From assembly GCF_964213995.1 (NCBI RefSeq), contig NC_135808.1:13516001-13580000 (forward strand): 64,000 bases of DNA, in the 5' to 3' direction. Within the stretch, counting starts at the first letter, position 1. Every line of letters starts with the position of its first letter. Shown piece by piece: positions 11,350 through 24,987 of the stretch. The notes beneath the pieces were generated by a model. The model was not told where the DNA came from. It worked only from the letters and a program-made list of their open reading frames with translations, and made no database searches. The position numbers were made by a program, and so were the translations under genes. The stretch is from Mustelus asterias. Its lineage: Eukaryota.

Positions 11350-12750
11350 ACTATAGTCCGGTTAGCTTAACTTCTGCAGTAGGGAAAATGCTTGAATCTA
11401 TCATCAAGGAAGAAATAGCGAGACATCTGGATACAAATTGTCCCATTGGTAAGACGCAGCATGGGTTCATGAAGGGCAGGTCATGTTTGACTAATTTGGT
11501 GGAATTCTTTGAGAACATTGCATGTGTAGTGGACAATGGGGAACCTGTGGATGTGTATCTGGATTTCCAGAAGGCATTTGACAAAGTGCCACACCAAAGA
11601 CTGCTTCATAAGATAAAGGTGCACAGTGTTATGGGTAATATATTAGCATGGATAGAAGATTGGTTAACGAACAGAAAGCAAAGAGTGGGAGTAAATGGGT
11701 GTTTTTTTGGTTGGCGATCAGTGACTAGTGGTGTGCCTCAGGGATCAGTGTTGGAACCGCAATTGTTTACGATTTACAGAGATGATTTGGAGTTGGGGAC
11801 CAAGTGTAGTGTGTCAAAATTCCCAGATGGCACTAAGATGGGTGGAAGAGCAAAGTGTGCAGAGGATGCTGAAAGTCTGCAAAGGGATATAGATAGTTTA
11901 AGTGAGTGGGCAAGGGTCTAGCAGATGGAGTACAATGTTGGTAAGTATGCGGTCATCCATTTTGGTAGGAATAACAGCAAAATGGACTATTATTTAAATG
12001 GCAAAATATTGCAGCATGCTGCTGTGCAGAGGGACCTGGGTGTCCTTGTGCAGGAATCTCAAGGAGTTGGTTTGCAGGTGCAGCAGGTAATTAAGAAGGC
12101 AAATGGAATTTTGTCCTTCATTGCTAGAGGGATGGTGTTTAAAAACAGTGAGATTATGTTGCAGCTGCATAAAGTGCTGGTGAGGCCACACCTGGAGTAC
12201 TGTGTACAGTTTTGGTCTCCGAACTTGAGAAAGGATATACTGGCACTGGTGGGGGTGCAGAGGAAATTCACTAGGTTGATTCCGGAGTTGAGAGGGTTGG
12301 CTTATGAGGAGAGACTGAGTAGAATGGGGCTATGCTCATTGGAATTCAGAAGAATGAGAGGAGAGCTTATAGAAACATATAAGATTATGAAGGGAATAGA
12401 TAAGATAGAAGCAGGGAAGTTGTTTCCACTGGCGGGTGAAACTAGAACTAGGGGGCATAGCCTCAAAATAAAGGGAAGCAGATTTAGGACTGAGTTGAGG
12501 AGGAACTTCTTCACACACAGGGTTGTGAATCTGTGGCATTCCCTGCCCAGTGAAGCAGTTGAGGCTACCTCATTGAATGTTTTTAAGGCAAGAATAGATA
12601 AATTTTTGAACTGTAAAGGAATTAAGGGTTATGGTGAGCGGGCGGGTAAGTGGAGCTGAGTCCACAAAAAGATCAGCCATGATCTTATTGAATGGCGCGG
12701 CAGGCTCGAGGGGCCAGATGGCCTACTCCTGCTCCTAGTTCTTATGTTCC
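11350..12750 (+). mobile_element. CR1-clade LINE, 5'-truncated, RT region with in-frame stop
   Basis: ORFs 11388-11921 and 11925-12659: QHGFMKGRSCLTNL, YLDFQKAFDKVPH, GVPQGSVL, LVRPHLEYCVQFWSP; tail gttcttatgttcctat. Confidence 0.95.
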
Positions 12751-13214
12751 TATCACACACCGCTCCCCCCACCCCCAGGCCCACCTTCCCCCGAGAAATT
12801 ACATTTTGGTTTCGTTACTTAAGTTTCCTTTGACGTGTTGTTTTAGTTGCAATGCCCCACTGGGGATTGCATCATTTTTGTTTCCCACTATATGGACCCT
12901 CACCATTGGGAATCCCGGAGCAGGGTTTCGCTGTCGGCAGGACTGAAAGATCCGGCTGGCGGGAATGGCTGGAATTTTCTGTCCAATGGAATAGACCATG
13001 AATTGTATTAAAATTTCCCTTTTTGCAATAAAAACAAAAACCTTTTGTAAATAGAAGGTGAGGCAGTGATACGATCAGGAGAGGTCAGATCCCAGAGTAA
13101 AATAGGGTTTGATAGATCTAGATTTCTGTTTACGGAGGTAATTTACTGAACAAATTGACAGCAGTCTGCTGATGAGATTTCAACATAAACAGTAAAACCT
13201 TCAACACCATTAAA

Positions 13215-14298
13215 CAGTAAAGCCGTCAACACCATTATTCCCACGAAGCTTATCTCTGAACTCCATGGCCTGGACCTTGGCACTTCCCTCTGCGACTGGA
13301 TCCTGAGCTTCCTAACTCACAGACCAAAATCAGTAAGGATAGGCAACAACACCTCCTTCACGATCATCCTCAACACCGGTGCCCCACAAGGCTGTGTTCT
13401 CAGCCCCCTACTTTACTCCTTATACACCTATGGCTGTGTGGCCAAATTCCCCTCCATTTCGATTTTCAAGTTTGCTGACGACACCACCGTGGTGGGTCGA
13501 ATCTCAAACAATGACAAGACAGAGTACAGGAATGAGATAGAGAATCTAGTGAACTGATGCGGCAACAATAGTCTCTCCCTCAATGTCAACAAAACGAAGG
13601 AGATTGTCATCGACTTCAGGAAGCATAAAGACTCCTGTCTACATCAAAAGGACAAAGTAGAAAGGGTCGCGAGCTTCAAGTTTTTAGATGTCCAGATCAC
13701 CAACAACCTGTCCTGGTCCCCCCATGCTGACACTATAGTTAAGAAAGCTACCAATGCCTCTACTTTCTCAGAAGACTAAGGAAATTTGGCATGTCAGCTA
13801 CAAATCTCACCAACTTTTACAGATGCACCATAGAAAGTATATTTTCTGGTTGTATCACATCTTGGTATGGCTCCTGGTCTGCCCAAGACTGCAAGGAACT
13901 ATAAAAGGTTGTGAATGTAGCCCAGTCCATCACGCAAACCAGCCTCCCATCCATTGACTCTGTCTACACTTCCTGCTGCCTCGGCAAAGCAGCCAGCATA
14001 ATTAAGGACCCCAGGCACCCCGGACAGTCTCTCTTCCACCTTCTTCCGTTGGGAAAAAGATACAAGTGTCTGAGGTCACGTACCAACCGACTCAAGAACA
14101 GCTTCTTCCCTGCTGCCATCAGACTTTTGAATGGACCTACCTCACATTAAGTTGATCTCTCTCTACACTCTGCACTCTCTCCTTCTCTATGAATGGTATG
14201 CTTTGTCTGTATAGCGTGCAAGAAACAATACTTTTCACTGTATGTTAATACATGTGACAGTAATAAATCAAATCAAATCAAATCTAAAATCAAATCAA
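13215..14298 (+). mobile_element. Rex1/Babar non-LTR retrotransposon, 5'-truncated, decayed
   Basis: [45 protein letters not shown]; (aaatc)n tail. Confidence 0.88.
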
Positions 14299-15799
14299 AA
14301 ACCTTTATTAAACAAGAACAATGAATGATATTACACCAGACACAAAGTTCGAAAGATCCCAACACAAACCACAGGAAAATTATTCAAATACTTTATTTCT
14401 TTACAGGCACAAACAAATTCAGAAAGACAAAACAATTTACCATATCTGGTTTACACTCTAATTAGCAAGCAAACTATGGTCAGACACATTATATTTCAAA
14501 GTAAATGACAGATGCAACTTGAGCAAATTCCATGGATTTTTCAACAACACTCTCAGACATTATTGGACAACGAGTCTCACTTAAATTTTATCTTTCTCAT
14601 AAGGGTCTCCAATCTCCACAATTCAAGAACTGTCCTTGGAATTCTCTCCAAATGCCATCAACAAGGATCCACCTCCAGAGTTTCAATCGCACAGTCTGAA
14701 ATTTCTTTCCACTGGACCTCCGAGTACAATCAAGCTTCACCTTTCAAGCACATTTTCAGAAATGTGGCTGTGCCAAGCAGAACACCCCTGCTGCAAAGGT
14801 CTAGTGTACAGAATCACGAGCCTTTGGCTACCCCCTCAGATCTCTGTGGCCTCTGACAAACCTACTTCGCTTCAAGTCTGCTCACTGTGCTCTCTCTAAT
14901 AGTTAGAGCCTATTTCTCTGTTCCTTACTATCAACTGTACTTGAGAGGAGCTGTGTCTGATCTCAGTGCTTGCCCCCTTCCTGAGACCTTCTTCTGAGAC
15001 CTCTTTCTGTCCCATTCTTTCTTGGATTGTGTTCTTTTTTGTGGTTTGGGACATTCTCTCTCTGCCCCTCTCCTAGCGTCTTGCTCCTTGGGACACTCTC
15101 TCTGGAACGGTGCTTCATTTCAGCTCACCTAACATGAAATCTTGATTTTCTTTTTGCTTCATTTTTATTCCCAATCAAAAGATGCAAAAATCAACAAACT
15201 GAGCATGTGTGGCACCTTCCTGTCTAGCCCATGCACAGGGGTCCCGAGGCCCCCTCTGGGACTGTAGATCTTGGTCCCTGAACCCCCACCGACCTCGGAC
15301 TGCCGATTGAGGTAAGAATAGGAACTGGTTACAGCCCCATGTGTGGAGAGAATAAAACAAAGTTAACTTTTCAGCTTGATTACCTTTCATAGGGGGAGGG
15401 GGAGGGGGGGGGTGGCGGGGGTGGGGGGGGAGGGCAGGAAAACAAACCAAAAGCAGGAGTAAAACTAAAAAAGCCTGCAAAGAAAAAGGAACCAAAATGG
15501 GGAAAGGGATGTGAAATTGTTGAAATGACTGTTGAATCTGGGAGGGCCTAATCTAAAGATGAAGTGCCTGATTTGGCAATAAACCTCATTGGGACACTAG
15601 TGCAGGCTGAGGACAGAGAGATCAGAATGAGAGCGAGATGGGGAAGTAAAATGGCTGAAGCTAAAGGTCATGCTTCTAGACTGAGAGGAAGTCTTCTGCA
15701 AAGCTTCACCCGGTCTGCATATGGTGTCCCCAGTGTAGGCCAACATCACGAGCATCTAAAACAACATGCAAAATTGAAAGAATGGCTGTTTCACCTGGA

Positions 15800-16122
15800 A
15801 AGAATCATGGAATCATAGAATCCCGACAGTGCAGAAGGAGGCCATTCAGCCCATTGAGTCTGCACCGGTCACAATCCCACCCAGCCCCTATCCCCATGCA
15901 TTTGCCCTAGCTCGTCCCCCTGACACTGAAGGGCAATTTAGTATGGCCAATCCCCCTAACCCGCACATCTTTGGACTGTGGGAGGAAACCGGAGCACCCA
16001 GAGAAAACCCACGCAGACACGGGGATAATGTGCAGGCTCCACACAGACAGTGACCCAAGCTGGGAATCGAACCCGGGTCCCTGGCGCTGAGGCAGCAATG
16101 CTAACCACTGTGCCACCGTGCC
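15800..16122 (-). mobile_element. HE1/V-SINE type A
   Basis: Complete head, core and (attctatg)n tail on the minus strand. Confidence 0.9.
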
Positions 16123-16191
16123 AAACCTAAAGAGTGTTTAGGGTTTTGCACTTTGAGAAGAGAAGAATTTCTCCATCTCTGTACTTGCACA

Positions 16192-16462
16192 AGGGCAGCT
16201 CGGTGACACAATGGTTAGCACTGCTGCCTCACAGTGCCAGGGACTGGGGTCCAATTCCAGGCTTGGGTTACTGTCTGTGTGGAGTTTGCACATTCTCCCC
16301 ATATCCACGTGAGTATCCTCCCCCTGTCCAAAGATGTGCAGGTTAGGTGGATTAGCCATGCTAAAATTGGTGTCCAGGTGGGTTTGGGTAAGATGCTCTT
16401 TTGGAGAGTCAGTGCAGACATAATGGGCCAAATGACCTTCATCTGCACTGTAGGGATTCTAT
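16192..16462 (+). mobile_element. HE1/V-SINE type A with internal deletions
   Basis: Head and tail recognisable; head-to-head with the 15800-16122 copy. Confidence 0.85.
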
Positions 16463-17278
16463 TTGATTTGATTTGATTTGATTTGTTATTGTCACATTCA
16501 TTAATATACAGTGAAAATGATTGTATTTTGTGCACTATACAGTCAAAATATACTGTTCATAGAGTACATTGGGGAGAAGGAAAGGAGAGGGTGCAGAATA
16601 TAATGTTACAATCATAGCTAGGGTGTAGAGAAAGATCAACATAATGTCAAGTGGGTCCATTCAAAAGTCCAATGGCAGCAGGGAAGACTTTTGTATCTTT
16701 CTCCCAACAGAAGAGGTGGAAGAGAGAATGTCCGGGGTGTGTGGGGTCATTGATTATGCTGGTTGCTTTTCCAAGCGGGAAGTGTAGACGGAGTCAATGG
16801 ATGGGAGGCTGGTTTGCGTGATGGACTGGGCTTCGTTCATGATCCTTTGTAGTTTCTTGCAATCCTGGTCAAAGCAGGATCCATACCAAGCTGTGATACA
16901 TCCAGAAAGCATGCTTTCTATGGTGCATCTGCAAACATTGCCAAATTTCCTTAGCCTCCTGAGAACGTAGAGACATTGGTGGGCTTTCTTAACTATAGCG
17001 TCAGCATGGGGGGACCAGGACAGGTTGTTGGTGATCTGGACACCCAAAAATGTGAAGATCTTGACCATTTCCACTTCATCGCCAATATGGTTCCTGAAGT
17101 CGATGACCATCTCCTTTGTTTTGCTGACATTGTGGGAGAGATTATTGTCATTACACCATTTCACCAGATTTTCTACATCGTTCTGTACTCCGTCTCGTCA
17201 TTGTTTGAGATCCGACCCACGGCAGTGGTGTCATCAGCAAACCTGAAAATGGAGTTGCAGGGGAATTTGACCACTATT
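16463..17278 (-). mobile_element. Rex1/Babar fragment
   Basis: ORF 16754-17164: KKAHQCLYVLRRLRKFG...IESMLSGCITAWYG; (aaatc)n tail. Confidence 0.88.
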
Positions 17279-17289
17279 TGGTTTCTATG

Positions 17290-17775
17290 AATGGGAGACT
17301 GGGAGAATTTGAAGGACGGACAAGTGTGCTGAAGCGGGAACAATCCCCTCAGGATGGAAAGAGGACACGGGGAGATGTGTTTGGAGGTAGCAGGAAGTGG
17401 CAGTAATGGCGGAGGACAACTCATTGAATGAGACAGCTGATGGGGTGGGAAGATGAGGAAAGGGGAAACGCTATCATGATTCTGGGGAAAGATGGTGAGA
17501 GCAGAAGTGTGGTAAATGTGATGGTCACAGTTAAAGACATTGTAGGATTTTGGGGTGGGGGATGTGTGAGGGAATAAGGAAGACATATCGTAAAACAAAT
17601 TATATTTGTGTGAAAGATATTGCATTCGAAGATATGTGACAGAGATGGGGGGAAACTGGGAGAATGGAACGGAATCCCGATGGGAAGCAGGGTGTAAATA
17701 AACTGTAAAACCTTTGTTCTTCATCACAGATGCTGCCTGACCTGCTGAATATTATCAACATTTTCTTTGGTTTTT
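17290..17775 (-). mobile_element. Old second Penelope-like family fragment
   Basis: Degenerate HPASHRDSVPFSQF...MSSLF (PLE RT thumb-like) plus cacagatgctgcctgacctgctga terminal motif. Confidence 0.55.
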
Positions 17776-17779
17776 AGTA

Positions 17780-18102
17780 TTGAAGCTATTTAAGGGGTTT
17801 TGTCTATGGCAATGGATTTGGTTTGATTGGAACACAGTAGATAACTTCGTTAAAAGTTATACATTATAATGGTTGTTGTGTTCCTTGTTTGTAATTGATA
17901 AAGGTTCTTGCTAATTTTCTTACTATACATGTTGACTATATTCTTAAATAAACTTTGTTTGATAAAAGCTCCCTAGTGGATCATTTGAATCAAACTTGAA
18001 GTGAAACCTATCATGCTTATCCAAGCCAAATTCAAGATGCAAAACTTATGATCCAGGCGGGCTCCATAAAGCACTTTGGAGTTTCTGACCTGAACCATAA
18101 CA
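17780..18102 (+). mobile_element. 3' part of an LTR-like repeat (same family as 34791-37836)
   Basis: Strong similarity to 37580-37836 (gataaaagctccctagtgg...cttatgatccaggc...tttggagtttctga...ataaca); ends in CA. Confidence 0.6.
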
Positions 18103-18924
18103 ACGGCCATAAAATTCTGGCCAATATATCCCACTTACCCCACAGACAGACAATTCGAGTTTAACTATTGGGTAGGTCCAGAACAGCTCCCCAAATCTGA
18201 TGATGGTTGCAGTTCCGCAGGATACTCTGCATTTTCATGGTGCAATCCTTTGAAATCCTTGCTGGGGGAGTGGAGGGTGGGGGGGGGTAACCTTTTCAAA
18301 TTGTTTAGATCAGTGCTTCCTAAACTTTGTCCGAGTGTGACCCCTTTTTAATTGTCCCAAAACTGGAAAATCCCACCCGAGATCAATGGACCTTTTCATG
18401 GTCCACCCCTCGTCTGCTACAATTCCCATGGTGGGCGGAACGGGAAAATTTGCCCCCATGTGAAAAATTTAGGAGGTCGCTTTGGGTGTTTGGGAAACCT
18501 TAATTGTCGAGGGGGTGGGGAGCTTGCAGAGGCTTCCGTGGTGGAGTGGGGTGGCTTCATTTGATCATTGGAGGTGCTTTAGTTTTTGACCTAGGAAGTG
18601 GAGAGAACAGGAGTTCAACATCGGGAGGAGTTGATGAAAAGGTTTTGGCAAACAAAATGAGCAATTATCTTTTCATGGGCTTATTTTGCAGCAGCAATGG
18701 GGCCTCAGGAAACAGTCCATGTGGGGCTGGCCCATCAGTGGAAAATAAAGAGGATTTAAAGGTGTTGTCAGTAATTAGCCCAAACTCCACAGCAGCCAAT
18801 GCTGGGGGTCACGACTCACGGTTTGGGAAACCCTAGTTTATATTCTTCACTCCTCTTTCAACAGTTAAAAAGACCCAACAGTTGATAATCTATGTACATA
18901 TATCTACATACTCACAAACTTACC

Positions 18925-20030
18925 AATTAGGAGCAGGAGTAGGCCGCTCTACCCCTCGAGCCTGCTCCCCCCATTCAATAAGCTGATCTGATTGTAACCT
19001 CAACCCCACATTCCTGCCCACCCGCAATAACTTTTCACCCCCTTTTGAATCAAGAATCTATCTAACGCTGCCTGAAAAATATTCAAAGATACTGCTCCAC
19101 TGCCTTTTGAGGAGGAGAGTTCCAGATATTCATGACCCTCATATGGGCAGCACGGTGGCACAGTGGTTAGCATTGCTGCCTCAAAGCACCAAGGACCCAG
19201 GTTCAATTTCTTGGGTCACTGTCTGTGCGGAGTCTAAACGTTCTCCCCGTATCTGCATGCTTTCCTCCTGGTGCTCTGATTTCCTCCCACGGTCCAAAGG
19301 ATGTGCAGGTTAGGTGGATTGGCCGTGCTAAATTGCCCCTTAGCGTCTCAAGATGTGTAGGTTATGGGAATTAGCGGGTTAAATACATGGGGTTGTGGGA
19401 AAAGGGCTTTGTCTGAGAGTTGGTGCAGACTTGATAGGCCAAAAGGCTATTTTCTGCATTGTAGGGATTCTGCACTGTGTGGGTTACCTCCGGGTGCTCT
19501 GGCTTCCTCCCGCAGTCTGAAAGACGTGCTGGTTAGGTGCATTGGCCGTGCTAAATTCTCCCTCAGTGTACCCCAACAGGTGCCGGAGTGTGGCAACTAG
19601 GGGATTTTCACAGTAACGTCATTGCAGTGTTAACGTAAGCCGACTTGTGACACTGATAATAAAGCTAAAAGCCTTCTGAGAGAAATTAATTCTCTTCATC
19701 TGCATCTTAAATGAACGACCCCTTATTTTTAAACAGTGACTTCTTGATTCTCTGACAAGAGGAAACACCCTCTCCACATCCACCCTCCCAATACCCCTTA
19801 GGATCTTAAAGGGGTCGATCAAATCTTCTGAACTCTAATGGATACAAATCAAACATCTCTAATCTTTCTTCATGAGACAATCCATCCTTTCCTGGTATTA
19901 ATCTAGTGAACCTTCTCTGAACTGCTTTTAATGCATTTACATCTTTCCTTAAAGAAATAGACCAACATGTACACAATACCCCAGATGTGGTCTCATCAAT
20001 ATCCTGCACAACTGAAGCATAACCTCCCAA
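18925..20030 (-). mobile_element. Decayed CR1 3' region interrupted by HE1 SINEs (19145-19470 type A, 19476-19662 type B, both plus strand)
   Basis: CR1 motifs RKDVNALKAVQRRFTRLIPG and 3' UTR on the minus strand; two SINE copies nested inside. Confidence 0.8.
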
Positions 20031-20513
20031 TTCCCCTCACAATAAATGATGACATTGTATTCGATTTCTTAGTAGCTCCAGCGGAGGAAAGTAAATGTAA
20101 TTATCTGATGGTAGATTTATAGTTAGTGGGGCCGTGCCTCAGCTTAATCTGTGTCCTCCACTCCCGGAACCTAAAGGTCAAAGCCAAGAAAATACACAAA
20201 TTGATTAGTGCTTCTTCATTTGTGGAAACATGCCTGTGAAAGGGTTAATAATCATACAAGTTTAAAAATCATGTAAGCTGTAAGCTACACGCAAACAAAG
20301 CTGAAAGCCCAGGCCTTTGTTAAAGCAGATCCGGGTAAGTGTCAAGGACCATAAAGGGAGGCTTTAGTCACACAGTATTCACACAAGAATCCAACTGAAT
20401 GATGTGCAGCTGCATCATCCAACTGAATGATGTGCAGCTCATGTGTGTCCATTAGAACAAGGAACAATGGAAATGGGAGGACATCGGATGTTGATATTCC
20501 ATTGGTCATTGAG

Positions 20514-20865
20514 GGGGAGGCAATGGCCTAGTGATATTATCACTAGACTATTAATCCAGAAACTCGGCTAATGCTCCGGGGATCTGCGTTCGAATCCAGC
20601 TATGGCAGATGGTGGAATTTGAATTCAAATAAAAAATCTGGAATGAAGAAACTACTGATGACCCTGAAACCATTGCCGATTGTTGGAAAAACCATCTGGT
20701 TCACTAATGTCCTTTAGGGAAGGAAATCTGGCTTCCTTACCTGGTCTGGCCCACATGTGACTCCAGAGCCACAGCAATGTGGTTGACTCTTAACTGCCTT
20801 TGGGCGACTAGGGATGGGCAATAAATGCTGGTCAGCCAGCGATGCCCAAATGAATAAAAGAAAAA
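20514..20865 (+). mobile_element. tRNA-derived SINE family 2, full length
   Basis: A-box tggcctagtga, B-box gttcgaatcc; 3' tail agggatgggcaataaatgctggtcagccagcgatgccc shared with the LINE 3' end at 58870-59175. Confidence 0.85.
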
Positions 20866-20888
20866 GACATACTTGTGCCTGGAGGATC

Positions 20889-22767
20889 CATAGAACCATA
20901 GAAAATTACAGCTCAGAAACAGGCCTTTTGGCCCTTCTTGTCTGTGCCGAACCATTTTATGCCTAGTCCCACTGACCTGCACTTGGACCATATCCCTCCA
21001 CACCCCTCTCATCCATGAACCCGTCCAAGTTTTTCTTAAATGTTAAAAGTGACCCCGCATTTACCACTTTATCCGGCAGCTCATTCCACACTCCCACCAC
21101 TCTCTGCGTGAAGAAGCCCCCCCCTAATATTCCCTTTAAAGTTTTCTCCTTTCACCCTTAACCCATGCCCTCTGGTTTTTTTCTCCCCTAGCCTCAGTGG
21201 AAAAAGCCTGCTTGCATTCATTCTATCTATACCCATCAAAATCTTATACACCTCTATCAAATCTCCCCTCAATCGTCTACGCTCCAGGGAATAAAGTCCC
21301 AACCTATTCAATCTCTCTCTGTAACTCAGCTTCTCAAGTCCCGGCAACATCCTTGTGAACCTTCTCTGCACTCTTTCAATCTTATTTACATCCTTCCTGT
21401 AACTAGGTGACCAAAACTGTACACAATACTCCAAATTCGGCCTCACCAATGCCTTATATAACCTTACCATAACACTCCAACTTTTATACTCGATACTCCG
21501 ATTTATAAAGGCCAATGTACCAAAGGCACTCTTTACGACCCTATCCACCTGTGACGTCACTTTTAGGGAATTCTGTACCTGTATTCCCAGATCCCTCTGT
21601 TCAACTGCACTCTTCAGAGTCCTACCATTTACCGAGTACGTTCTTCTTTGGTTTGTCCTTCCAAAGTGCAATATCTCACACTTGTCTGCGTTAAATTCCA
21701 TTTGCCATTTTCCAGCCCATTTTTCTAGTTGGTCCAAATCCCTCTGCAAGCTTTGAAAACCTTCCTCACTGTCCACTACACCTCCAATCTTTGTATCATC
21801 AGCAAACTTGCTGATCCAATTGACCACATTATCATCCAGATCATTGATATAGATGACAAACAACAATGGACCCAACACCGATCCCTGCGGCACACCACTA
21901 GTCACAGGCCTCCACTCAGAGAAGCAATCCTCCACAACCACTCTCTGGCTTCTTCCATTGAGCCAGTGTCTTATCCAATTTACTACCTCCCCATGTATAC
22001 CTAGCGACTGAACCTTCCTAACTAACCTCCCATGAGGGACCTTGTCAAAGGCCTTGCTGAAATCCAGGTAGACAACATCCACCGCCTTCCCTTCATCCAC
22101 TTTCCTGGTAACCTCCTCGAAAAACTCCAATAGATTGGTCAAACATGACCTACCACGCACAAAGCCATGTTGACTCTCCCTAATAAGTCCTTGTCTATCC
22201 AAATATTTGTAGATCCTATCCCTTATCATACCTTCCAATAACTTGCCCACCACTGACGTCAAACTTACTGGCCTATAATTTCCCGGATTTCTTTCGGAAC
22301 CTTTTTTAAACAACGGAACAACATGAGCCACCCTCCAATCATCCGGCACCTCCCCCGTGAATACTGACATTTTAAATATGTCTGCCAGGGCCCCTGCAAG
22401 TTCAACACTAGCTTCTCTCAAGGTCCGTGGGAATACCCTGTCCGGTCCTGGGGATTTATCCACTCTGATTTGCCTCAAGACAGCGAGCACCTCCTCCCCT
22501 TTAATCTGTAAAGGTTCCATGGCCTCCCTACCAGTTTGCCCTATTTCTGTAGACTCCATGCCCGTTTCCTCAGTAAATACGGATGCAAAAAAAACATTTA
22601 GTATCTCCCCCATACACAGTCTACCACTCTGGTCTTCAAGAGGACCAATTTTATCCCTCACTATCCTTTTGCTCCTAACATACCTATAGAAGCTCTTTGG
22701 ATTTTCCTTCACTCTGTCTGCCAAAGCAACCTCATGTCTTCTTTTAGCCCTCCTGATTTCCCTCTTT
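20889..22767 (-). mobile_element. Young 5'-truncated CR1-clade LINE with long open RT region
   Basis: ORF 21081-22790 (569 aa): KSPGPD, NYRPVSLTS, SQHGF, DFSKAFDKVPH, GVPQGSVLGP, KFADDTK; frameshift only near the C-terminus. Confidence 0.97.
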
Positions 22768-23284
22768 CGTGGATAGTAAAAACAAAACACTTGCGGGATG
22801 ATATTATAATTAGGTAGACGTGCACAAATTGGACAACTATATCCTTATGTATACCGAATTAATAGTTGTGAGTGGACATAGATTACTTCTATACAAATGT
22901 ACGTCTCTGATTGGTGTATGCTAATTAGTTGTAATCAAATCTGGAAGTATATATGTTTGTGTAAGTCTGTATCCAATGCTCTGGACCACGCCATCATCTG
23001 GGTCAGTTGGAGCTATTGCTATAGATAGTAAATAAACAGGTGATGTTCAACTCCAAAATTCTTCAGGTGGAATTTTCCAGCCATTCACGCTGGCAGGATT
23101 TTCTGGTCCTGCTGCAGTGAATGGAGATTTGGCTGGGTGCCAAATTTCCTGTCTTGCTGCTTTGGGACCGTGGCGTGAACATTCGGTAAGATCGCGCACT
23201 AAGTCTGGTTAGTTGAAAGAAACAAATTCTGGAACAAGCTGAACCCATAAGAGCCCCACAACACTAGTATGAATAATAACCTTA

Positions 23285-23642
23285 GGAGAGGTGGTGGCGC
23301 AGTGGTATTGTCACTAGACTAGGATTCAGAAACCAAAGATAATGCGCTGGGGACCCAAGTTTGAATCCTGCCACGGCAGATGGTGAAATGTGAATTTAGT
23401 AAAAACTTGGAATTTAAAAAAAGGCTACTAATGACCATGAAACCATTGTCGATTGTCGGAAAAACCCATCTCGTTCACTAATGTCCTTTAGGGAAGGAAA
23501 TCTGCTGTCCTTACCCAGTCTGGTCGACATGTTGTGACTCCAGATCCACAGCAATGTGGTTGATTCTCAAATTCCCTCTGAAATGGAGGGCAATTAGGGG
23601 TGGGCAACAAATGCTGGCCCAGCCAGCAATGCTCACATCCTG
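23285..23642 (+). mobile_element. SINE family 2
   Basis: Homologous to 20514-20865. Confidence 0.85.
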
Positions 23643-24044
23643 TAAAACAAATATTTTAAAAAGCCTTGGTGAAATCCAAGCTTACCTCTTGTCTGAATGA
23701 TGGTAAATATTGCGCCGTGAGGTGAGGTAACATGGACCTTGCTGACGAGAAACAAGATGGATGAATCAGCTGATGACATCACTGCAGCGCCAAGGCAGCA
23801 AATGCAGATTGTTCTAGAAAACTGGTACCTGAGCAACCTGGAAATACACTCATTTATTCACAGTTTATTTTACCTGCGCTTTGTATGATTTGTGAGGAAA
23901 TGAAAACCATGTGACTATGTACATAGAATCATCTTGAATGGTCAAGTCCATTGTAAGATCATTTTAATTAAATATGATAAACGATCTGTGCAGCTAATAT
24001 AAACATTGCTTGGCAACTCTTTCTCTAAAGATTCATCCATCACA

Positions 24045-24292
24045 TAGAAACATAGGAACTAGAAGCAGGAGTAGGCCATTTGGCCTAATTTTGATCATGG
24101 CTGATCATCGAATTCAATATCCTGATCCCCCCCTTCCTCCCATTTCCTTTGATCCCTTTATGCCCAAAAGCTATATCTAATTTCTTCTTGAAGTCACACA
24201 ACGGTTTGGCCTCAACTACATTCTGTGGTTGTGAATTCCACACATTCACCACCCTCTGGGTGAAAAAATTTCCCCTCGCCTCAGATCTAAAT
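24045..24292 (-). mobile_element. CR1 3' fragment
   Basis: Same subfamily as 7900-8345, reverse orientation. Confidence 0.8.
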
Positions 24293-24987
24293 TAGGGTCA
24301 TGGTTAGGATTTGTTCAGACTGAGTCAAGTGAAGGTCTGTTAAGAACCCCTCTGATGTTAAATGCGAGGGTATCTCAAAACCCAGGAGGTAATTTGAACA
24401 CCAGCTCTTAGTGGTGTATATTTTCAATTTGGTATACTGTGAGAAAAGATATAAAACCAGGGAGGAACAGAAGGACCATGTTGTGATTAATTAATAAAGA
24501 ATATTTATTCACTTAAATTGGAAAACACACAAGAAGGACTATAATACACTACAACAGTACACTTAATTACATTGATGGCCATACACACACAGTATTAAAT
24601 GAAGTTGTCCCTTTGTTCCCCACTACTTACATATCCTGTGCTCTGAGACACCTCTTTTCCCAAACAACATCCAATACTATATAACTCTATGACCTAAATC
24701 CAGTGGATAATTACATCTGGGTGTGGCTGTAATAATAGCTGCTACTGCATGTCTTTTTCTAGTTACTGTGCTATGGATATATCGGCCATGATCTTACCTT
24801 TTCGCCCTGTCAGCCAATGGATGGGACAAGCCAGTAAGATCGCCTGATTTCTCGCCTCTCGCGATCTTACAGCACCGGATATCCAGTGGCATCAATATTT
24901 AAATTTATTGAAATTAGAATTTAAATATTATAACTGAGCCTTGCCCCCTCCACCGCTGGTGAGAAAGGGTTGGCTTCGTTTTTTTTT

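Larger units (their letters stand above)
20235..23065 (+). mobile_element. LTR-like repeat (family shared with 58300-58750) split by SINE and CR1 insertions
   Basis: Start tgtgaaagggttaataatcatacaagtttaaaaatca and internal gattggtgtatgctaattagttgtaatc both match 58300-58750. Confidence 0.55.
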
